Position numbers and translations under genes: made by a program | Notes under the pieces: model-generated | Databases searched by the model: none | What the model saw: only the letters and a program-made list of their open reading frames with translations | What the model was told of the DNA's origin: nothing | Origin: the human T2T-CHM13v2.0 reference genome, Homo sapiens | Assembly: GCF_009914755.1 (NCBI RefSeq) | Contig: NC_060944.1 | Strand: one strand, 5' to 3' | Length of the DNA: 64,000 nt | Shown: piece after piece, positions 39,412-53,388 of the stretch | Layout: each line of letters starts with the position of its first letter | Numbering within the stretch: the first letter of the stretch is position 1

Positions 39412-39655
39412 ATAATGACAGCTTATATTTAAATGCTCACTTTTCTCAGATACTGTTCTAAGTGCTCAGTAAAAATTAAGTCATTTTATCTTTATAACCA
39501 ACCCTTGAGGTAGGGACCACCTTTATATCCATCTCACAGATCAGACACATTTGAAACTTCGAAAATTTATTCAACGTACCTAAATCCATGCAGCTGGTGA
39601 AAGGCAGAGGCAGCATCCCACATTCAGCAGGCAGCCTCCAGAGCCTACACATGCC
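39412..39655 (-). mobile_element. MIR SINE
   Basis: ATACTGTTCTAAGTGCT...AACCCTTGAGGTAGG...ATCCATCTCACAGAT...CAGCTGGTGAAAGGCAGAGGCAG...CTCCAGAGCC. Confidence 0.68.
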
Positions 39656-39805
39656 CTGGCCATCAGGCTCTTTTTCCTAGCCTAGTGATTAGGTTCCAGT
39701 TTATAGCAAATCGTATGCCAGATACTATAGAGAGCGCAACACCCAGTGAGGTCTCTCATCTCTGTATCTCCAGTACAGGGCAGCAAATTAATGCCTGGTG
39801 TGTGT

Positions 39806-40166
39806 TGAATAAATGGATAGGTAGATGGGTGGGTGTGTGAGTGGATGGATGGATGGGTGGATGGATAGGTGGACAGATGGGTGGGTGGGTGGATAGATGG
39901 ATGGATTGGTGGGTGGGTGGATGTGTGGGTGGATAGATGGGTGGGTATCTGGATGGATGGGTGGGTGGATGGATGGGTGGATAGATGGGTGGATGGATGG
40001 GTGGATAGATGGGTGGATGGGTGCATGAATAGATGGATGGATGGATAGGTGTGTGGATGGATGGATGGATGGATGGATGGATGGATGGGTGGGTGGAAAG
40101 ATGGATAGGTAGATGGTTGGGTGGATGGATGAGTGAATGGATAGATGGGTGGATGGGTGGGTAGGA
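39806..40166. repeat. (TGGA)n/(TGGG)n degenerate satellite following an L2 3' tail
   Basis: GGATGGATGGGTGGATAGATGG...; preceded by L2-like CTGTATCTCCAGTAC...ATGCCTGG...TGTTGAATAAATGGA. Confidence 0.92.
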
Positions 40167-40284
40167 TTTTCAAAAAGCGCTACATCTGTAGCCTTCCTCT
40201 GGCTGGATCTGCAGGTAAGGAATTCCCTGAGAAAGGCGTCAAAATTTCAGGCATATTTGTGTGCCGAGCATGGCTTGGAGCCAT

Positions 40285-40430
40285 GCTTCTCACCTGGAGA
40301 TGCCCTTAAAACAGATTCCTTGGCCCAGCCGCAGAGATTCTGAGTCAGCAGATTTCCCATGGATCTGGACACCCTGAATTTCCAGCAAGCTCCCAGGGGA
40401 TGCCCCTATACTTATCTGTGGACCACAACA
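40285..40430. mobile_element. MER5-like hAT-Charlie fragment
   Basis: CACCTGGAGA...TTAAAACAGATTCCTTGGCCC...CAGAGATTCTGAGTCAG...CAAGCTCCCAGGGGATGC...GGACCACA. Confidence 0.6.
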
Positions 40431-41648
40431 GAGAGGCAAAGACATAAAGCTCTCCAGTGCCTTTGGTGCCGTCTCTCTTGCAACAACAGTCAGTAATGTT
40501 TCCCTTAACCCTCTGTTAATTGGACTAAGCAGAGATAATGAAAGAATGATTTTTAGGGCATGCCTTCAGGGCCCTGCAGAGTGGGTGTGCGCTTGCAGAG
40601 AAGGGGGCGATATGTTTTTTCAGCAACCTCCCCCACACCTGAGTCTGCACTCAGCTTTGACGCCCGGCTCATCAGTGTGCCAGGCGGCCTTCTGCCTCCA
40701 GGCCATTTATAGTGCAGAAGCTTGTGAAGCCAAAACAGTTTGATGTGTAATTGCAGGAGGAAATGGGAAACCTGCTGAGCGTGGCAGGATATAGTGCCTT
40801 ATCACCCTTTATGTGCAGCCACTGCTTGCTGGAATTGCCAGCAGATCCACACCATCGACAGAACGGTGACATTTTTCATGGGCCGCCGTGTTCTGAATCA
40901 ACACTGCAATGGTGCGATTAGAGGAGGTAAAGGAAGGAAACAATCCCAGCCTCGCCGGTGACAGATCAGTCGCCAGTCCTGCTTCCCTCCTTATTACCTG
41001 CTGTCTTGTGTGATATGCAAAGCAGCTGCTCCACACGCATTACACCTTCACATTAACCGAAAATTGAATTTTATTTGGTAGCCTGCATATCATTTATAAT
41101 ACTCCTCCCATACACTTCAGCTCTCATTTGGCTAAAAGTGTATTCTTTACTTCCTACTGGCCAAGAAACAGAGAAAGGAGCCTGTGTGTCCATTGGTGCC
41201 TGCAGCCCCCAGGCTTCAGGGTTCCTGTGGAACAGGGTGTCATCGGCAAGAATTGAAAAGCATTTCCCTGTCTCCAAAATGCCCCAGACGCCTCCTTCCC
41301 GAGGGGCCACATGCTGCCATCAGCCTCGATCCAGAGACTGTGTTGCTGTGTGTTTCTTTGCTTGGCTGTAGCATGCTGGCTCTGTGTATGCAAAGAAACA
41401 CAGCGCAGCACGCACAGATCCACCCAAGGAATTCCCACTCCAGGGGAAGCACGTGGGTAGAGGATCAGGTGGATTTTAACTTTAAAACTTATCATAATAG
41501 TTATCTTCTAAAAAGCAAACAAGACAAAACCCTGCCTCTCCCCACTATTTCAAATCTTAAATTACTATGCAAGGAAGTTTTATTTGTCAAATCTTGGCTA
41601 CTGAAGTTCCAGCGTAGGAGAAAATCTTGCTTGGCCAAAATTACTCTC

Positions 41649-41961
41649 TTTTTTTTGTTGGTTTTTTTTTTTTTTTTTTGAGACAGGGTCTTGCTATGTT
41701 GCCCAGGCTGGAGTGTAGTTTTGCAATCATGGCTCACTGCAGCCTCGACCTCCCAGTTTCAAGTGATCCTCCCACCTCAGCCTCCTGAGTAGCTGGTACT
41801 ACGAGTGCATGCCACCACGCCTGGGTAATTTTTGTATTTTTTGTAGAGACAGGGTTTCACCATGTTGCCCAGGCTGGTCTCAAACTCCTGGGCTCAAGTG
41901 ATCCACCTGCCTTGGTCTCCTAAAATGTTGGGACTATAGGAGTGAACAGCCATGCCTGGCC
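41649..41961 (-). mobile_element. AluJ SINE
   Basis: GCAATCATGGCTCACTGCAGCCTCGACCTCCC and CTGGGCTCAAGTGATCC; TSD AAA(A/G)TTACTCT. Confidence 0.93.
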
Positions 41962-41974
41962 AAAGTTACTCTTT

Positions 41975-43860
<1,886 letters not shown>

Positions 43861-45524
43861 AAAATCACTGAAGTTGACTCTGAAATGCAGCATGCAAGGG
43901 TTTGGGTGTGCAACTTGTACGTGAGTTCTAGTGCACAAAAGAAAGTGAGAGCCAGCAAGCCGGGCTAGAGGGGATAAAGGAGAGAGTGGCGGCGCATGTG
44001 CCCAGGCTCCCGTCGGTCCCTGAGAGCTTTCCTTTCCCTAGAGTGACCACAGGGTGGGTAGGAGGTTCCCTAGGATCCCTGGAGGGTGTGTCCCTTTATT
44101 AATAATGATAAAGGGTGTGATGTAGACTCCTTAACCTTACTACATGTGAAAAGAGTGTTTATTGCTGAAAGGATTAAATAAGATAAGACGCTGAGTAGTT
44201 GAGCTGCAAATGCTTGTGGATTGAAGTCTAAAGCCAGCTTACATAGACCCACCCACCTGCCCATTTCCTGCCGTGGCCTCCTGTGTCCCAGCCACCACCA
44301 TCGTCCCATGGCGCATGGCTGACGTGCTGTCCTGCAAAGGGCCAGGCGTTACCCTCTAGCATGTACCACTCTCCACTGGCTTCGTTCTTGGGGCTCATGA
44401 TACATATTATTTGGTTACTTCCACCTTGGAGTATCACAGGTCAAATCAGCCAGTAACTCGTGGAACTAACCCACGAGTGGTGTTTACCCCTGGATAATGG
44501 CCCAGTGGAGGGGCTGGCCTGCAGCTCACACCCACCATGGTTTTGCTGAATGGTGCTCGTTAGACTTTGCATAATCGAATTTAGCCCAGCTCTATGAAGG
44601 CTCTGCACAAGCTAGTCCCCTCTCTCCGCTATTTGATGGAATAATAGATCCATAGGAGAATTCATTTGCAACTCTAAGCCCCGAGTTAAAGACGTCTCAA
44701 GGGATGAACGTGGGTGATTTGTGGAACACTGCGATGCATTTATGAGATAGATTGCACGTTCACCGCGGCGCTCAAAGAAACCAGATCGGGTTGCATTAGA
44801 GGCGGTGCTGTAATCCGGCTGTCCTCTGGGAAAGAATGCAAGCTTCCAGTGTGCGAAGTATGAGGGGCTGCAGAGGAAATTGCTTTGGTGGCTCTGGTCC
44901 TGGGAGCAAGTACCTGCTTCTCGTTCATTTAAGCACATTAGCGAGCTTCATAAACACTTAAGTGGCTCACGAGATGCTTCACTTCCAGGCCTCGCCCCAC
45001 CTCCTCCGCTGTCACACAGAGGCCACCAGAAACCACGGTCTTCTGGGTTTGACAGCCAGGCAGACAGGACCAGGCCAGGCTGCAGCTGCTAACCCCTGCG
45101 CTGGCAACTTCCAGACCCCCTGCACAATGTCACCGTCCAGTCATTCCTCCCTGGGCTGCCTGCCTTCATGGGGCCCCTGCAATTAAAAAAAACAACAACT
45201 TATTCTCACTCCTTTCTTTTAATATGTCTTATTAATAACTGTGTAAATTTGTTTACTTTTTAGGACTCCATCATGATGTAAAGTAGATAAAACAACCAAT
45301 TTGTCTTTCTTTTTCTTGGTACATGGGTGTCCTGCAGCCTTCATTCCTTCCAACCCCCGCTTCACGTTCACGAGTATGAAGTTGAATTAACTCATGCTTT
45401 GCTGAAGCCGGATTGTGAGATTGTGTAGGCAGACGTGGCTTTTCTTCTGAGCCTGCAAAGCAGCAGAATTCATGACAATGGGTTCCGTAGTAACAGGGAC
45501 TGACTGCGCCATGCTGTCTCTGTC

Positions 45525-45680
45525 CATCCTTACAGCGCTCAGGAGTTTGCATGCCATTACTGGGACCATTTTACAGAAAACAGAGGCTCCCAGGGGCAAC
45601 GTAACCTGCCCCAGGACAGGCAGCCACAAGGCAGAGAAAGGAGGGTTGGACCTGCACCTGTGAAACCACAGCCCTGGGGC
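45525..45680 (-). mobile_element. MIR SINE fragment
   Basis: CCATTTTACAGAAAACAGAGGCTCCCAGGGG..GTAACCTGCCCCAGG. Confidence 0.62.
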
Positions 45681-46544
45681 ATGGCTTCTGAGACTCATAG
45701 CTGGGGCTGAAGATCCCTAGGGGGGCTCTGCTGGGCTCACTGCTCTCCAGAGTGGTCCAGCCCGGCTGCAGGGTGCTGCTTCCAGCTTGGTGCACTGCGG
45801 CCGGAGGAGGTGGAGGATGGAAAGTAAGATTCAAAGACAGGGAGTGCAAGGGGACAGTGATCCTTGAGGACTCCGAGGAGGAAGTAGGAGAATCATCCGG
45901 AATGGCCAGCCTGGGCCGAGCCTGGGCCAACACCTGGGTTGAGCCCAGCCCACAGAGCGGCTCCCGGGTCCTTGCACCTGCAGGAGGCCAGAGCTGCTTT
46001 TACCTTCAAATGTTAGATGAGGTGCCAGCACCTGGACAGGAGACGTCCTGCAGTCAGCTCACAGACATGAGGGTGTCGACTCCCCAGTACCCTTCCTGGA
46101 GACGCAGAAGTCAGGGTTTTAAAGTGGGGGTAAAGACACCAGCTGCCTCATGTGGGTGTGGGGAGCATCCTGTTGGCTGGGGAGGGGCTCCAGGACTCTG
46201 GCCACATGTGTTCTGTGACCTTCCAGGCCAGTGTGGCCTGGCCCTGCCCCACCTCCCCTCGCCTTCTCCAGTCTGGCCACACTTGCCTTCTCCCAGCCCC
46301 ACCACAGGACCTTTGCACATGCTCTTCCTGCTGCCTGGAGTGCCCTTTCCTAACCTGGCTAGCCCTGCTCATGCTCCAGATCCCAGGTCAGCTGTCACTT
46401 CCCAGTGGAGCTGGCCCTGCCCTCCTCGACTAGGTCAGGACCTCCTAGTCTCGGCTTCAACCCCCACCTTGGGCTCACCTTGCTCCTCTCTTAAGCACCA
46501 TCATGATCACTCTTGCACCTTCGCCCCCAACTGCATGGATTCCA

Positions 46545-47225
46545 TTTCAACCCCACTGGCCAGACACCAACTGGGTATCCTGCAATTCACTTCTGACACT
46601 GTCTAGCAGAGGCAGCTCAGACCCCACAGGTTAAGGACAAAAGGCTCCAAAAGACTACCCCCACTTCAGATGCAAGCCACAAGTCCCGGGGGACCTTGGC
46701 TACAAATTCTGGAGTTCCCACAACATGCTCAGAATGGATAACTCACTGGAATGACTCACAGAACTCAGTTACCTCTAATTGTGCTTTCATTATAAAGGAA
46801 ACAGAACGCATAGGGTGAGGTCTGGGAGGGGCAGAATTTCCATCCCTCTGTCATGGAGTCAGCAGGGGTCAGCAGGGGTCTCCTTCCAGCACATCCATCT
46901 GTCCACCAGCACAAAGCTCTGCTGAGCTTCAGTGTCCAGGATTTTTATTGTGTTTTGTTATGTAGATATGATTAATTAACACATTGGCCTCACGATTGAA
47001 CTCAGTCTCCAACACCCCCCCACCCCCATCTGGAGGTCAGGCTAGCTCCAAGTCCCCAACTCTCTGGTCCTGTGCCTGGTCTTTCTGGCGACCAGCCTCC
47101 CCATCCTAAAACCACCCAGGGGCCAACAGTGAGTCACTTCATTAGCATAACAAAGACACTCCAATCTCTCAGGAAATTCCAAGGGTTTTTAGATGCTCCA
47201 TACCAGGGCCCAAGGACAAAGGCCT
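46545..47225 (-). mobile_element. MER21-family LTR
   Basis: GACACCAACTGGGTATCCTGCAATTC...TCTGACACT...CAGACCCCACAGGTTAAGG...CCCCACTTCAGATGC...CTCACAGAACTCAG...CATTAGCATAACAAAGACACTC...CAGGAAATTCCAAGGGTTTT. Confidence 0.75.
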
Positions 47226-48193
47226 CTTGTCTGCTCTGCCTGCAGCAAGCTCAGAAAGGCAAGGCCTGGCCTGTTTTGCCCCCTCCTGCGTCCTAGCACC
47301 CAGCGCAGGGCCTGGGACATGGTGGGAACTCACCAAATGCTGATATTTGAAGGAGGCAGTCAGTCAGCCTGAAGGTGGCAGGGCCTACAGAAGACTTGCA
47401 AGGAGACCGTAGAAAGGAAAATGCGTCTGTCTTTGAAGAGCAGCAGGAAGGGCTCAGAGGTGCCCTGCTGGGCCCCCGCCCCCCTTGTCTTGCCTTTCTC
47501 AACTGCTTTTCAACCAGAGAAATGACTCGTCTAGCAAGATCCTAGGCCCTTAGTAGAGAGCTGTTTATTTGCCTTGATGCACATTTCTTTTTCCTTTATG
47601 GTATATGTTATTTTCCTCTGGCAAGATCCCTGTTTTCTTTGGAACGGTGCTTAAAATGATAGCATTTAGCCGACGAAATAGCAGCCCATCTTCTGTCTCC
47701 CTGTGACGCAGCAAAAACGCGGTGACTAGCCAAAATGCCTCGCTTCCTTTTCGTTGGCACAGCAAGTCCTTGTGCCGAGCACTGATTGCTAAATAAGGTA
47801 TCTGGGCTCCAGTCACTTCATCCTAAGAGCAGTTGTAATCAGAGTTTCAGCAGCACACACCGCCCTCTCAGGGAGGGAGATGCTGGCTGGGCCGTCTTTT
47901 ACAAATGGATCGTCAGTGTGTTCGGGTAATAAGGAAACGAGAGGGTTTTTCTTTTCCTCCCAAGTGCCACTGTGCATGGCGGCTTCTCTCATGGAATCTG
48001 GGTCCATTGTACTCCACTTAAAAGGACTTAGGTCGCTGGGGACCCTTTCATGACTGCCCTGATGCAGACGGTCCCGTTTTGTTGACACACTCCACACGAC
48101 GGTTAGGAAAATTCCATGGGGCCTCCAGATGTGCCCCTGGAAAACAGAAGACATTCTGATGATGCCAGAAAGACTGGTCCTTTTCCATCCATC

Positions 48194-48399
48194 CAGGAAT
48201 CGGGAAACGTTTTCTACTAAGGGCCAGTAGGCTTTTCAGCTTCATGGGCCGGATGTCCATCAGAACCACTCAGCTCCACCACTTCAGCAGGAAGACAGCC
48301 GCGGACAGCACTTAATGACCCGTCCAGACTCCAACAACGTTTTATTTTCACAAACAGTGCATGCCAGGTTTGCCCAGTGGGCTATCGTCTGCCACCCTG
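48194..48399 (-). mobile_element. MER58-like hAT-Charlie MITE
   Basis: CAGGAATCGGGAAACGTTTTCT..AAGGGCCAG...ACTCAGCTC...TTTTATTT..CAAACAG...CTGCCACCCTG; opposite orientation to the copy at 6635. Confidence 0.65.
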
Positions 48400-49517
48400 A
48401 ACCCTGCTACAATTCTGATTCAGGTGTCCCAAATTAGGCAAAATGCACCTTGCATTTCCCTGACTTATGGGTCAGATTTTTCCAGTGATGCCTTTAATTC
48501 AAGGACAAGTATCTTGAGAAAATGTATTGTTTTTTTAAAAAAATTATACTACCATAGAAATAAATAAACTCACCAGGATGAAAGCACAGCTTCCATGAAG
48601 AATTCACATTATATACTATGAAAATCTATACCCCGTGCAATTTGAGTGTGTTTTTTCTAAAGAAGCTGGGGAAATCTTTCTGTGAGTTTCAGTTTTATAG
48701 TGTGTGTTTTGTTCTCCTTGAGAGGACCTCGTAAATCAGTTGGACACGTTTTGCTATAAAAGAAATATTTTATGTGTGAAATGCTGTCTTCAAGACTTTT
48801 CTCTTTTATCAGGGGTTTGTAAAAGTAGAAAATGGCACGTGGGTATAATTGGTTGGCCATAGTCCTTAACTGTAGACGTCATATATCTCTGCTAATGCAA
48901 AATTTATTTGCATGTCAGAACTTTATTTGAGTGGATAAGGGCAGAAGGAAGCTGCTCTGAAAACATTTCATATGAAAAGGCATATTCTGTACTTCCAAAA
49001 AAAATATTGGTCAAAACTTTGCCATCCTGTGTTAGTAGGGTGCTAAAGTCCACTAACTACCCACAGAAAACATCCCAGCAGTGTCCAGAAAGAGAACCTT
49101 GGCAAAAGTAAATCCTGCCATGTTATTAAATCAATAAGATCCCCAAAATCAGTGGAAGGAAGCTCAATTCATTTTCAATGCCCCCAGACAAATAGTAAAA
49201 ATTAGCTAAAAAAAAAAAAACCAAAAACCTTAACTTACCTAAAAACATCAAGATCATAAAATTTCATTCTTATTTACACAATGAAAACACATTGGGTAAA
49301 GCTTTTCAACGCCTCTTTCATTTTTCCCCCCAAGCCTAGCATCTGCCTTCGGTGTTGACTCTTCTGACTGAATATATTTTTAACTTTTAAAAGACTTGTC
49401 TTTTAACTGAAAAATAGTTTGATTTTTTGTCAAAATGGTCAAAACAATCTTGGTGCTTGAAGTTGTGTTATCTGAAGATGCAGGCCTGTCTTAAAAGCGA
49501 GAGCCCAAGAAGGGTGT

Positions 49518-49609
49518 TGCGGTGTGCATTTCGGTTGTGCTGCAGTGTGCGTTTCGGTTGTGCTGCAGTGTGCGTTTCGGTTGTACTGCGGTGTGCGTTT
49601 CGGTTGTAC
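49518..49609. repeat. 23-bp tandem repeat, 4 copies
   Basis: TGC(A/G)GTGTGC(A/G)TTTCGGTTGT(G/A)C at 49518, 49541, 49564, 49587. Confidence 0.92.
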
Positions 49610-50130
49610 AGTGTGACAAAACAAACCCCTCAAAGCTCAGAGGTGTCAAACAGCTGCTCCGTGGCTCTGAGGGTTGGCTGGGCTCAGCTGGCCTGTCCGG
49701 ACTTGGAGTTTCTCATGCACCTGCACTCAGTGGGGTTAAGGCTGGCATCATCCCAAGCCATGACCAGCCAGGGCATGCAAGATGGCACATGTATGTGGCT
49801 AGTAGTGGACGCTGGTCACCAGCTTGGAGATATGCTGGCAGCAAAGACTGGACATGGTTCAGCCTTCTGATGGCATAGGGACTAGGTTCTGAGAGCAGAT
49901 GTCCCCACAGGGAGCATTCCAAGAGTCCTCTGTGGAAACCAGAAGGCTCCTGTGACCCAGCTGTGGAAGGCGGGAACATCTCTTCTGCAGGACTGTATGA
50001 GTCAGACAGTCACTGGCCAGTCCAGGTTCAAGGGCCGGGCATAAGCCCCTCCCTCTGATGGGCAGTCCAGCATGCAAATACAGAGGGGTAGGATTCGAGG
50101 CGCCTCTTTGGAGACCATCACCCTCAGCAC
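49590..50130 (-). mobile_element. Old MLT1 (MaLR) LTR
   Basis: GTGTGACAAAACAAACCCCTCAAAGCTCAG...GCTGGGCTCAGCTGG...CAAGATGGC...GCCAGTCCAGGTTCAAGGG. Confidence 0.62.
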
Positions 50131-51803
50131 TAGAGGGGACTAGCGGGGAGGGCTGCCCACATCCTAACTCTTTGTATCGCCCTAGTTACATGGTGATATT
50201 GGGGAAAAAAGGCATTCTTGTACAGACCACTCCTAAATTGAATTCCCACTCTAACATGCCTCACTGCTCATCACTGAGCTCCATCTCTGCCTAATACACT
50301 CAGGTCATCACGGCTTGATCTTAGCTGATTGTTTTATATTGCAACTGTCCTATCCATAAAGCCTCAGTGCAATGGAGTTGGTTGCAAAGTGAAAGTGCAA
50401 GAAATGCAAACATGCAGGATTTCATGAAGATGCCTGCGCTATCTTCATCATGAAGATGAAACTGCTATCAAGAAAGTGCAGGAATTGCAGCCACAATTAT
50501 TGAGAAAGGAGGTGGAGTTCAACCAGATAACCACTGAGGAGGCAGAGATCCAGTTAGCCCATGAGAGTAGAAGACACTTACTGAAGTGATGAATGATTCA
50601 GAGAACACCTTCAGGATATTAGTAACATTCTAGACTCATTTTTGCAAAGATCACTCTTTGCAATGGGGCTCTGAAAGGCAAATGTAAAGGGAACACCCTG
50701 TTGAGCAGCCACAATGCTTGTTAGCCTCAACAAGTCAAGTAGGACGCAGTCACTGCTTGCATGTCTTTCACCCTAAAAGTTAGCATTTAGTTGCAGTTAT
50801 AAGCAAAGTTTTATTAAATACAAAATAAAATACATCTATTTTTGCAAAATTTTAGTTTTGTTTTTTGGATATGAAGTGCTAAGCAAATACTCGGTTTGCA
50901 CTCTTGACTATAAAATTTCAACCCTGGTTTTCAGTGGATTCCTGTTGAAGCCTTTCTGACAGTATGGATTGTCCTTCAGAACAAAGACCTCCTGAGATGT
51001 GAATCCGGGGAACCAGGGCTGCAATGCCTGCTTTCTCCTCGGCCCGTGGCGGGCGCCATGGAGGAAGCGCTGTTGTTGGTGTCCTCGGCAGGTGTCCCGA
51101 TGCCTCTGGTTGTCATGGCGCTTCTCTGAGACAGGCACAGCATGGGGAGAAGTTCTGGCAATCACATCAGGTGTCTAAATGCCACTGCCCTCGCGGTGGT
51201 AAGTTCTGGAAGTCTGTAGTTGTCGGGAAGAGCCCAGGTCAGCAAATCGGCAGGCAGATTGCTCAGAAAAGTGTCAAAACAGTCAGACTTTGGATCTGAG
51301 CCGGAAGTTTCTTTTGAGTTCAGATATCACTTCAAAAACATTTTCTGTGTCCAGCTTCAGTCTTGGGGTGAAAAAGACACATTTCTTTATCCATTTCAGA
51401 GCAGAGATGACTTCTTTGAGTTCCAAGCGTGTGCTATGTGGCGAGCTTTCCCACAGGTCACGCAGAATCACAGACTTGAAACACAGCGTCCAACACCGGC
51501 CCTGCTGTCATCCATCCATGGCAGGAGCCAAACTGTCCATTCTCTTGGAAGAGTAACAAGAGAAAGGACTAAATTTCAGAATCAGGGGTTTCAGAAGGAA
51601 AGGAAGCGGAAGGAGCATCCAGGTCAGCCCCTTGGCTTCAGAAAGGACTTAGGCAGAGGGACTGGGCCAGGGCCTCACAGCTAGTTGGGGCAGAGCTGGG
51701 CAGGCTTCTGGGCTCTGCTCGCTCATCGATGACACTGGTTATACCCACTCCAGGTGGGAGAAAAGACCCCTTTCCCCACTGCCATTTAACCACTGTTTGA
51801 TCC

Positions 51804-52160
51804 TGCTGTGTTCTGAATGTCTGTGTCCCTCCAGAATTCATCTGCTGAAACCTAACTCCAAGGCGATGGTGTTAGAAGGCAGGGCCTTTGGGTGGTTATG
51901 AGGTCATGAGGACTCTGCCCTCAGGAATGGGATTAGAGCCTTTATAAAAGGGACTCCAGAGAGCTGCCTGGCCCGTCTTCCATGTGAGCACACATAGAAA
52001 GTACCATTTAGGAGAAAACATGCCCTCAATAGACACCAAATCTGCTGACACCTTCATCTTGGGCTTTCCAAGCTCCAGAGCTGTAAGCAATAAATTTCCA
52101 TGGCTCATAAATGACCCAGTCTAAGCTCTTCTGTGATGGCAGCCCTATCAGACTACGACA
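51804..52160 (+). mobile_element. MLT1A0-like full-length MaLR solo LTR
   Basis: TGCTGTGTTCTGAATGTCTGTGTCCCTCCAGAATTCAT...GGGCCTTTGGG...AATGGGATTAG..CCTTTATAAAAG...GACACCAAATCTGCTGACACCTT...AATAAATTTC...CCCAGTCTAAG...GACTACGACA. Confidence 0.88.
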
Positions 52161-53160
52161 GGACCCTAACAACAAGAAGAGCCAGGTTGGGTTGTGCAGT
52201 TGGCACGGCACGTTCATCCAGGTTCTCTCCAACCCTTCTTTACTAACAGGACATAGCTTCAGAAAAACTTGAGCCCTGCTGAGGTGGAAACTCTTGCAGA
52301 TTTCAAATCCAATCGTTTGTATCAGCATATTCTTCTGAAGGACAGTGATGAGCACGAATGTGACCCACACTTGAAGACCACCCAGACGCAAATGCCCCAG
52401 CAGCTTCCAGAGACAGTTATTACTGTTTTAAGTGCATCTATTTAGCATGATGGATTTGATCAGTCTTTGCTAAATTGAGCACATAAGCGAGGATGTATTT
52501 AAAGGAGTGTTAGTGCACTTTTTATAAATCCCAAACGCAGGGCAAGCTGGCTCATGCCACTGTTGAAAAGCAGTGTGTGTCCGAGGAAGGGCCGCATCAC
52601 ACCGGGTGTGGATGGAACCATGCCTCCCTGACGTGCAGACCCTCCGAATACTCCACTTGCAGAACCTGTTTTTAAACAAACATCATTATTATCAGGTCAG
52701 TGAAACATCCCCATATCGCTTATGCTCATCATCTGCTGTGCAAATATTTGTGGCTTTAAAAGAATAACAGATCGTGAGAACTCCAGTAAAATGATTGCAG
52801 AACTAACCACCCTTTTAAGTAGAAGTGACATTTCTAACAGGCCCACTCAGACGGTTCCAGCCTTCGCTTTGGGGTTCTACATTAAACTCCACTTAGGCTG
52901 CCTGCAGTGAGGGGCAGAAGGCTGCGTTACAGAGACTCAAAGGCAAAACGTGGGGTGCTTGCCTGCACCCAGTGGAGCCTCATCCACGATCAGTGACTTC
53001 CAGAGACAGGCAAGGGTGTCAGGAGGCTCCCGGGATGCACTGAAGCAGCTCCTTTTAGGAAACAAGCGGCAAAGAAGAATTTTAACCCTCTTTATGCTGA
53101 TAAAAAAATACACACGTGTGGGAATGCATGTCTTGGGTTTGAGCACTGATCCTTTTTCTG

Positions 53161-53388
53161 CAGTCCCCCGGCCTTGGCACTGTTGGCCTCAGGGGCTGAA
53201 TCACCCCATGGTGGGGGCTGCCTTGTGCATTGAAGGTTGTTTAACAGTGTCCCTGGCCGCCACCCTTTAGATGACCCCTAGGTGCACCCCTTCTTCCTTC
53301 CTCCACCCCCAGGTATGTGAATCACAATGTCTTTAGACGTTGCCAGTGTGTCTTGGAGACCAAAGCAACCCCTGATTGAGAACCGCTG
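53161..53388 (-). mobile_element. MER20 MITE
   Basis: CCTTGGCACTGTTG...GGGGGCTGCCTTGTGCATTGAAGGTTGTTTAACAG...AATGTCTTTAGACGTTGCCA...GATTGAGAACCGCTG; opposite orientation to the copy at 228. Confidence 0.78.

Noticed and set aside
45752-46606. 284-aa ORF in GC-rich sequence
   Set aside because: Non-ATG start, no recognisable domain, and the 3' part runs through L2-like and MER21 remnants.
50230-50965. Possible ancient Tigger-like DNA transposon remnant with a small palindrome (ATCTTCAT-C-ATGAAGAT, 50441-50457)
   Set aside because: I could not match termini or family with confidence by eye; it needs a Dfam search.
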